From assembly GCA_963738405.1 (NCBI GenBank), contig CAVTWJ010000015.1:1-20222 (forward strand): DNA of 20,222 nucleotides, written 5' to 3'. Under the pieces are notes generated by a model. The model saw only the letters and a list, made by a program, of their open reading frames with translations, was not told where the DNA came from and searched no databases. This document shows, piece by piece, positions 7,938-14,259 of the stretch (the first letter of the stretch is position 1; each line of letters opens with the position of its first letter). The stretch is from a candidate division FCPU426 bacterium. GTDB lineage: Bacteria; Oederibacteriota; Muellerivitia; Muellerivitales; Muellerivitaceae. The position numbers and the translations under genes were made by a program.

Positions 7938-9122
7938 CTATCCGTGGATAACCCCGAACTTTTTGCCCACTTTTCGGAAGCTGTCGAGCACATGGCTTAA
8001 CTGGCCATCCGTGTGGGTGGCGGTATAGGAGGTGCGAATGAGGGTTTGATCCGGCGGCACGGCTGGCGCGACCACGGGCGTGACAAAAACGCCCATTTCG
8101 CCCAGTTCTTTGGTCATGGCGAAGGTTTTTAGGTTGTCGCCCACCATGAGGGGAATGATGGCGGAGTTGGTGTTGAGGGTGTTCCATCCCATGGTCTTGA
8201 ATTCCTCCCTCATGCGTTTGACGATGACCCAAAGGCGTTCCCGGCGTTCCGGCTCGCGTTTGATGATCTCGAGGCTTTTTAAAACCGCGGCGGTATCGGC
8301 GGGGGAAAGACTGGCGGAAAAAATAAGGGGACGGCTGTTGTGGCGCAAATAGTCGATGACTTTATGGGTGGAGGCGATAAAGCCGCCAATGGAGACGAAT
8401 GATTTGGAAAAGGTGCCCATAATCATATCCACGTCTTTTTGAACCCCGAAATGGGCGCCTGTACCCTCGCCGTTGGGCCCCAGGACACCTATGGAATGGG
8501 CCTCGTCCACCATTAATCGGGCTCCGTATTTGTTCTTCAGTTCGACAATTTTGGGCAGGTTACAAACATCCCCGCCCATGGAAAAGACCCCGTCGGTCAC
8601 GATCAGTTTGGGGGCATCGGCATGATTGGACAGGACACGCTCCAAATCTTCCATGTCGCTATGGCCGTATTTGACCGTCTTGGCGAAGGAAAGCTTTTGG
8701 CCGTCCACGATGGAGGCATGGTTGTCCCGATCAGAAATGATATAGTCCCCCCGAGTGGCGATGGTGGAAAGGGCCCCCAGGTTGGCCAAAAAGCCAGCGG
8801 AATAGACCAGAGCGGATTCCATATGAACGTAATCGGCCAGTTTTTCTTCCAACTCCACGCGGATATCCAGGGTTCCGTTCAGGAAAGGTGAGCCAGTGCA
8901 GGCCGAACCGTATTTGCGGACGGCTTGGACCATGGCTTCCAAGACCTCAGGATGGGTAACGAGCCCCAGGTAGTTGTTGGAGCCCACCATGATCATTTTT
9001 TTGCCCCCGATGGTGACTTCGGTGCCCATTTGGGATGTATTGGGACGGAAATAGGGATAAAGACCCGCATTTCGAACATCGTCCGCCGCAGTCCAAATGT
9101 TAGCCTTTTCAAAAATATCCAT
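7938..9122 (-). CDS. spt: PLP-dependent alpha-oxoamine synthase, most similar to bacterial serine palmitoyltransferase
   Basis: 'GLYPYFR', 'GSNNYLGL', 'GS.CTGS.FLNGTLD', 'D..NHASIVDG..LS', 'DGVFSM.GD', 'VDEAHS.G..G', PLP-lysine motif 'MGTFSKS', 'IFSASL'. The N-terminal YPYFR and the GTFSKS motif match Bacteroidota-type SPT better than BioF or KBL. Confidence 0.82.
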   Translation of the reverse strand: MDIFEKANIWTAADDVRNAGLYPYFRPNTSQMGTEVTIGGKKMIMVGSNNYLGLVTHPEVLEAMVQAVRKYGSACTGSPFLNGTLDIRVELEEKLADYVHMESALVYSAGFLANLGALSTIATRGDYIISDRDNHASIVDGQKLSFAKTVKYGHSDMEDLERVLSNHADAPKLIVTDGVFSMGGDVCNLPKIVELKNKYGARLMVDEAHSIGVLGPNGEGTGAHFGVQKDVDMIMGTFSKSFVSIGGFIASTHKVIDYLRHNSRPLIFSASLSPADTAAVLKSLEIIKREPERRERLWVIVKRMREEFKTMGWNTLNTNSAIIPLMVGDNLKTFAMTKELGEMGVFVTPVVAPAVPPDQTLIRTSYTATHTDGQLSHVLDSFRKVGKKFGVIHG

Positions 9123-9242
9123 GGTTCCTCTTGTGATCAGGGTTGGTTCGGTTGTTTATCTATTTTCATTTTCCGGCTTGCCCTTGGGGCGAATCCAGAA
9201 CCGATCGGTAGGCCGAATTTCACGTAAATACATGTCGAAAGG

Positions 9243-9291
9243 TTGTTGCCAGAAGCGGGTGCATTATAATGGTGCCCGCTTGGCAGTTCAA
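9243..9291. promoter_or_regulatory. Divergent sigma70-type promoter region with overlapping -10 boxes
   Basis: ATTATAAT (9263-9270) gives TATAAT on both strands. Minus strand: TTGAAC (9291-9286)-17 bp-TATAAT (9268-9263), toward spt. Plus strand: TTGTTG (9243-9248)-16 bp-TATAAT (9265-9270), toward the SDR gene; this one is weaker. Confidence 0.6.
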
Positions 9292-9318
9292 ACTTTTTGA
9301 CCCCCTTCCAGGAACAAC

Positions 9319-10311
9319 ATGAAATATTCATCCCCAGTTTTGGTCACCGGCGCCAGCGGTTTTGTGGGAAGCCATTTGGTGGAAAAACTGGCTCAGAACA
9401 AGGTTCGAGTCCATTTGCTGGTCCGCAAGACGAGTAAAATACCCTTTAAACCGGGGCCCCTGATGCGATTGTGTTATGGGGATGTGACGGACCTAGATTC
9501 GGTGAAAGCCGCCGCAAAGGGCGTCAAAGTTATTTATCATCTTGCCGGAATTCTTCGAGGGTCGAGCTTTCAGAAATTAAACGAGGTCAACGCAGAGGGG
9601 ACCCGAAATGTCTGCGAGGCGGCCTTGGGGGTGAAGGGCCTCGAAAGGCTTGTTTATGTCAGCTCGTTATCGGCGGCGGGACCCAGCCGGGATGGGAAAC
9701 CCTTGAAAGAAAGTTTGCCTTGTCAGCCGGTTTCGCTTTATGGTGAGACGAAACTGAAGGGTGAAGAAATCGCATTGGCCTACCGAAAAAAACTGCCGGT
9801 TACGGTTTTAAGACCCGGCGCCGTTTATGGGCCGCGCGAGACGGACATATTGGCGTACTTTAAAATGGTCAGGGACGGTTGGGTTCTCGTTCCGAGCTTA
9901 AAACAGAAAGTCAGTTTTGTTTATGTGGAGGATCTGGTAAATGCCATTCTCCTGGCCGGGCAATCGGCCAAGGCCATCGGACAAATTTATTTTGTCTCAG
10001 ACGGAGAAACTTTCACCTGGCAAGAATTAACCGAAAGAATTGGAAAGACGACGAACCGAACCTTTAAGACCCTGGCCATTCCCATGGGAATGGTAAAAGT
10101 CGTCGCGCACTTGGGAGAACTGGCTGAAAAAATAAGCGGGAAAGCGTCTATGCTCAATGTCGACAAGGTGAAGGAAGCTTTTTATACCGATTGGACCTGT
10201 GACAACGGAAAGATTCGTTCCCAACTCGGGTTCAAACCGGCCTGGGACATTGAAAAGGGAGTAGGGGATACAGCCGCTTTTTATCTTAAAGAGGGTTGGA
10301 TCAAAAATTAA
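9319..10311 (+). CDS. NAD-dependent epimerase/dehydratase (extended SDR), candidate ceramide/3-oxo-sphingolipid reductase (CerR-like)
   Basis: Rossmann 'VLVTGASGFVG', 'YHLAG', 'VNAEGT.N', 'VSSLSA', catalytic 'YGETK' (YxxxK), 'RPGAVYGP'. The specific function is inferred from adjacency to the spt and bCerS-like genes. Confidence 0.85.
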   Translation: MKYSSPVLVTGASGFVGSHLVEKLAQNKVRVHLLVRKTSKIPFKPGPLMRLCYGDVTDLDSVKAAAKGVKVIYHLAGILRGSSFQKLNEVNAEGTRNVCEAALGVKGLERLVYVSSLSAAGPSRDGKPLKESLPCQPVSLYGETKLKGEEIALAYRKKLPVTVLRPGAVYGPRETDILAYFKMVRDGWVLVPSLKQKVSFVYVEDLVNAILLAGQSAKAIGQIYFVSDGETFTWQELTERIGKTTNRTFKTLAIPMGMVKVVAHLGELAEKISGKASMLNVDKVKEAFYTDWTCDNGKIRSQLGFKPAWDIEKGVGDTAAFYLKEGWIKN

Positions 10312-10344
10312 TGAAGCAAGAGGCTAAACCCATTGGAGGAGCGC

Positions 10345-11418
10345 ATGTCTAATTGTATGAAAGGTCTGATCATTTTGGCGGTTTTGACGTGGATCGGTAT
10401 GCCGGGCCGGAGTTTGGCGCAGGATTCACTGACGGATTCAGTTCTTCCGAAGGATCATTTACTCGAGAATTTTCCGTGGTTATCTGATGATGGAAAGATC
10501 GAAAGCAAGGGGCTTTTTGATTTTGAGGATGTAAGGGGACTGAATCAGCGTGATTTAGTTTTGATTTACCGGCAGACGGTTCCGGTAAGCGATCTGGATA
10601 AACCCCATAGTCAAACCTTAGCCGTTTGCTTCTACGACCCAACCCAAAAGAAATATGTGAAGAATTTCACGGATGACGGCGGACCTATCCTATGGGTCAA
10701 GATTTTTACGGACAGTGAAAAACGCCATGTTTTTCTAACTTATCAACGGGATGACTTAAAAGGAAACCAGGTTATTCGGACCTATACCTATTTGGCTGGT
10801 GCGCTCAAACCGGTGCTGGAAGTTTCATCACCCCAGCTTTATGCCAACGTCAATCCTAACGATCCAAAGGCCGAAATCCTTTGCTCCGCCAAAGCAACAC
10901 CCAAGGATCACGCGACCGCCGATCATATTTTCGATTGGGACGAAACCCAGTCGCAATTCACGGATCAAATCGTGGTTCAAAGCGCTGGTGGTTGGTCGGG
11001 AAGCTCCCTCCGGGTCGCCACACCCCTTCCCACTGCGGCCCCGGTGGTTGCCGCGGCCTCTTCCACACCGGTGGTCGTAGCGGCGGTTTCGAAGAAATCA
11101 GCCAATGGCTGGTGGGACGAACCTTTGAACGCCCAGGCGTCTCTTGTGGAGCTGAAAACTGAAATAGTTCCTGATCTCATTGGAAAGAATAAGATTATCC
11201 AATTGGGTCAGGAAGCCAGTTCTTTCTTTCAGGAAGTCCACAAAAGCGGAGTTGGAGGAAAGGATTTCGCCTCCATGCGCGCCACTTATTACGCGGCAGT
11301 GGCACAGGCGCTTTTAGACAAGGGGGCGAAAAAAGATTCGGCCTTTTATTTGAAGACCGCCCTGACCTTCCAAGGCGATAACCCGGACGCTTTGGCAGTA
11401 CAGGCTAAGATGAAATAG
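10345..11418 (+). CDS. Secreted hypothetical protein: signal peptide, N-terminal beta-rich domain, A/P/T/V linker, C-terminal helical TPR-like segment
   Basis: GGAGGA RBS (10335-10340) before ATG 10345 (alternative ATG 10357); 'MKGLIILAVLTWIGMPGRSLA|QD'; C-terminus 'YYAAVAQALLDKG....AFYLKTALTFQGDNPDA'. Confidence 0.75.
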   Translation: MSNCMKGLIILAVLTWIGMPGRSLAQDSLTDSVLPKDHLLENFPWLSDDGKIESKGLFDFEDVRGLNQRDLVLIYRQTVPVSDLDKPHSQTLAVCFYDPTQKKYVKNFTDDGGPILWVKIFTDSEKRHVFLTYQRDDLKGNQVIRTYTYLAGALKPVLEVSSPQLYANVNPNDPKAEILCSAKATPKDHATADHIFDWDETQSQFTDQIVVQSAGGWSGSSLRVATPLPTAAPVVAAASSTPVVVAAVSKKSANGWWDEPLNAQASLVELKTEIVPDLIGKNKIIQLGQEASSFFQEVHKSGVGGKDFASMRATYYAAVAQALLDKGAKKDSAFYLKTALTFQGDNPDALAVQAKMK

Positions 11419-11444
11419 AAAGTCGAACAGAAGAATCCCCCCAT

Positions 11445-11487
11445 ATACAAAAGCCGTGAAACCTTATCGGTTCCACGGCTTTTGTAT
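11445..11487. terminator. Long hairpin, probable bidirectional terminator between the hypothetical gene and tRNA-Leu
   Basis: ATACAAAAGCCGTGAAACC-ttatc-GGTTCCACGGCTTTTGTAT: 19-bp arms with one mismatch, with T tracts on both strands. Confidence 0.8.
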
Positions 11488-11496
11488 GATAAAAAA

Positions 11497-11580
11497 TGGT
11501 GCCCGAGGCGGGACTCGAACCCGCACGGGTTTCCCCATACGCACCTCAAGCGTACGTGTCTGCCATTTCACCACCCGGGC
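11497..11580 (-). tRNA. tRNA-Leu (anticodon GAG), CCA encoded
   Basis: Reverse complement GCCCGGGTGGTGAAATGGCAGACACGTACGCTTGAGGTGCGTATGGGGAAACCCGTGCGGGTTCGAGTCCCGCCTCGGGCACCA: acceptor stem, anticodon stem TACGC/GCGTA with loop TTGAGGT, long variable arm, GTTCGAG T-loop, discriminator A. Confidence 0.98.
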
Positions 11581-11623
11581 TTCGATCGGTAGAAGGTTGA
11601 TTCCTTCCAACGAAAGGAAGCGT

Positions 11624-11651
11624 ATTATACTTTTTGAAACCCGATTGTCAA
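11624..11651 (-). promoter_or_regulatory. Consensus sigma70 promoter for tRNA-Leu
   Basis: Minus strand TTGACA (11651-11646)-16 bp-TATAAT (11629-11624), about 43 bp upstream of the tRNA. Confidence 0.9.
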
Positions 11652-11684
11652 ACCAACTGGTAATTCTGGATTAAAGGCCTTGGA

Positions 11685-13844
11685 TTGACCCAAACCATTA
11701 TTTCTTCCTTCTTTTTCCTCCTCTCTCTTCTAGGAACCAAGTTCTCTTTTTTGCATCCATCCTTACGGGCACTGACCGATACCTTGTGGAACGCAAGTCT
11801 CGCGGGCGGAACTTGGAGTCAAAGGTTTCCGGCACTTCTGATGTGTGTCCCCATTTTGTTGGGATGGTTAGGTTGGGCGGAAATGCTTTCGAGATTATTT
11901 TTATCGAAATTTGACAAGAAATTACGGAGCCCCTTTGTTTACGCTTCGGTCTTGTGCTTTTTTTCCTGCTATTGTTTTGGCTGGTCGGTTAATGAGCTTC
12001 TTTCTCCCTACAGTGCGGTTTCCTTCTTTCTGCCCTTCGTTCCCCAAGGCTTTTTAAGCCTCATTTCCCGTTTGGAAAAAGGGACACTACCTTCTTTAAA
12101 CCCATGGCTATTCGGAATAGGAATTCTTGCTCTTGTGGTTTGGGTCTCGGATTTATTGTCTCCGCCATTGATTTGGGACGCGGTTTTAGATCATTTCAGA
12201 TTTGCCGAGGAAGTAGCCCGGCAGGGGGAAGTCCCCTTTCGTTGGACGAATCATACGGGGGACATGCCCAAATTCACCGAAATGATTTGGGCGGGTTTTT
12301 GGGCCATGGGGGGCGAGTTTTTATCGAAGGCATCCATGGGCATCTCGATCTTTCTGACGCTTTGGATTTTAATGGCTTACCCACGCTCCAAAGGAATGCC
12401 CGGATTCGTGGGGCCCCTTTTGTTTTTAACGGGACCCTATTTTTTAGCCCTCTTTACCTGGGGATATGTTGAAGGGCATTTGGCCTTGTTCGAATGTCTG
12501 TCCGTGATAGGTTTTTTGGAGTTTTACGAAAACCCTAAGAGAAAATCTTGGTTGTTGATTTCCTTGTTTTTTATGGGCGCAGCGGTTGGAACCAAATACA
12601 CCGCATTCATGATGATCTTAGGAATTTTTTTATTGTCCCTTCTTTTAGACTACGGCAGGTATAGGCTGAGTTTGAATGGAAAAGGGATATTTCTTCTGGC
12701 TTTTTTTCTTTGTCCCTTGCCCTGGTATTTGCGAAACGAATTGGCCAACGGGAACCCCTTTTATCCCTTGTTGACGGGTCTTCTGGGAGGCCCCCCTGGA
12801 TTTGATTCCGGCATGGAAACAGCCCTTTGGACTGATACAGGAAGAGTTTTTGGAATAAAAATTTTAGATTTATTACTTCGTTACTGGCATGCTTTTTTTA
12901 CAGTGGATAACGGAATCGGGGCTTTTTGGCCTCCCCTCGTGTTCATGTCCTTGCCTTGGGTTTGGAAAGGGCTGGTAGAGAAAAGTTTTCAACGACTGTT
13001 GATTTTTTGCGGTATTTTTTTGGTGACATGGGGTTTCCTCTGCACAAACCTGCGCCACGCCTCTGGAGGGTGCATAGCCTTGGTGCTGACTGCGTCCTTT
13101 TTGTGGGGGAAGGCCCTGCAGGGAGGAAAAATCCAAAAGGGTCTATTTATTTCAGCCGCTTTCTTTTCATTAGGGATGACCCTTTTAGCACAAATCCAAA
13201 CAACCGCTCCTTACGCATCCGCCATGGGTATGGAAGATCCATTGATGCGCTTGAAGCGAAATTACTCTTTTGATTTCGACACCTATCGCGCTTACCAAGC
13301 CATTGAAAATTTTTCTATCCCCCGGGATAAGGTTTTGGCTTTCGGTGTTTTCCAGACCTACCCCTTGCGCAGGACTTCCTATGTTGATTTTTTTTGGAAA
13401 AAACCCTTTCTTCTTAAGTGGGCTTCCACTTGTTCCGTGGCCTCCGATTTAGCCTTGAAACTAAAAGAGGAAGGCGCCACGTACATTCTTTATCAAAGGA
13501 AAGAGGCGGTCGCCATGTCCGGAAAGGAGAAAGATTTTGTTTTGACAGGCATGCCTGAAAAACAATATGTTGAATTTTGGGAATATTACGCAAAACTCGT
13601 TATAACCTTTGGGAATTGTTCGGTTTATCAAGTTTTGGATACACCCTCTCGAACCGCTTTTAAACTTAATGATTTGCCTGGACTGCAAGAAAACCTGATC
13701 CGTTTGATTCAATCGAATCCGGGTAAAGGTTGGATCGAAACAAGAGCTTTTTTAAAGCGTTATCCCGCTTGGCATTTGGGTTATGAATTAGAAAAAAGTT
13801 TTTCTAGGGAGAGTGTCAAAGGGAAGCGGTTTTCGATAAACTAA
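11685..13844 (+). CDS. Multi-pass membrane protein, probable GT-C-fold (ArnT/PMT-like) glycosyltransferase
   Basis: Many hydrophobic segments; first-loop 'PPLIWDAVLDH', 'GTKYT', 'PWYLRN....GNPFYP'; soluble C-terminal domain 'LKEEGATYIL'. The start codon is uncertain. Confidence 0.65.
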   Translation: MTQTIISSFFFLLSLLGTKFSFLHPSLRALTDTLWNASLAGGTWSQRFPALLMCVPILLGWLGWAEMLSRLFLSKFDKKLRSPFVYASVLCFFSCYCFGWSVNELLSPYSAVSFFLPFVPQGFLSLISRLEKGTLPSLNPWLFGIGILALVVWVSDLLSPPLIWDAVLDHFRFAEEVARQGEVPFRWTNHTGDMPKFTEMIWAGFWAMGGEFLSKASMGISIFLTLWILMAYPRSKGMPGFVGPLLFLTGPYFLALFTWGYVEGHLALFECLSVIGFLEFYENPKRKSWLLISLFFMGAAVGTKYTAFMMILGIFLLSLLLDYGRYRLSLNGKGIFLLAFFLCPLPWYLRNELANGNPFYPLLTGLLGGPPGFDSGMETALWTDTGRVFGIKILDLLLRYWHAFFTVDNGIGAFWPPLVFMSLPWVWKGLVEKSFQRLLIFCGIFLVTWGFLCTNLRHASGGCIALVLTASFLWGKALQGGKIQKGLFISAAFFSLGMTLLAQIQTTAPYASAMGMEDPLMRLKRNYSFDFDTYRAYQAIENFSIPRDKVLAFGVFQTYPLRRTSYVDFFWKKPFLLKWASTCSVASDLALKLKEEGATYILYQRKEAVAMSGKEKDFVLTGMPEKQYVEFWEYYAKLVITFGNCSVYQVLDTPSRTAFKLNDLPGLQENLIRLIQSNPGKGWIETRAFLKRYPAWHLGYELEKSFSRESVKGKRFSIN

Positions 13845-13902
13845 ATATAGATTGATTTGAGCCAGGACAATTTTTGTTTTGACTCTTAAATAGGGAGGAC
13901 GC

Positions 13903-14256
13903 ATGAAATGGCTTTTGGCGTTTAGTGCTTTTTTAGTTTTTTTGCCCTGTGTTGTTGAAGCCCAAAGCGCCAGCTTTAACTTGGACCATAACGTTCTCCA
14001 AGAAGGGCCGAATGCGATGGTGAACGTTGTTATTTCTGCGCCCTATGATGGCGATATGTCCCTCGAAATATTTAATTCCGCCGGCGAGTTGGTGAAGAAT
14101 TTTAAGAATAACTCAAGCGTTACCGCTAATGTTCCTGTAACCATTCAATGGGATGGAACGAATACAGGCTCTAACCTGGTAGCTTCCGGAGTTTATTTTT
14201 TTCTGCTTAAACTGCCGTTAGGCACCCAAACCAAACGACTGCTTGTTATTCATTAG
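13903..14256 (+). CDS. Small secreted protein consisting only of a FlgD-Ig/T9SS-CTD-like domain
   Basis: GGGAGG RBS; signal peptide MKWLLAFSAFLVFLPCVVEA; 'LEIFNSAGELVK', 'WDGTN..S.LVASGVYFF.L', 'TKRLLVIH'. Confidence 0.8.
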   Translation: MKWLLAFSAFLVFLPCVVEAQSASFNLDHNVLQEGPNAMVNVVISAPYDGDMSLEIFNSAGELVKNFKNNSSVTANVPVTIQWDGTNTGSNLVASGVYFFLLKLPLGTQTKRLLVIH

Positions 14257-14259
14257 GGC

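Noticed and set aside
7938..9122. Annotation as BioF or 2-amino-3-ketobutyrate CoA ligase
   Set aside because: No bio or tdh genes are nearby, and the YPYFR/FLNGT/GTFSKS motifs plus the GNAT and SDR neighbours favour Spt. This is not fully excluded without a phylogeny.
9319..10311. Hopanoid cluster (HpnA-like SDR plus HpnJ-like radical SAM)
   Set aside because: No squalene-hopene cyclase or other hpn genes are present, the two genes are 8 kb apart, and the SDR context points to sphingolipids.
11420..11600. Prophage or genomic island integrated at tRNA-Leu
   Set aside because: No integrase, no duplicated tRNA 3' end and no phage genes are seen in the window.
13388..13395. T8 run in the GT-C-like gene as a phase-variation site
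   Set aside because: It is short, late in the gene, and expected in Phe-rich AT-rich membrane-protein sequence.
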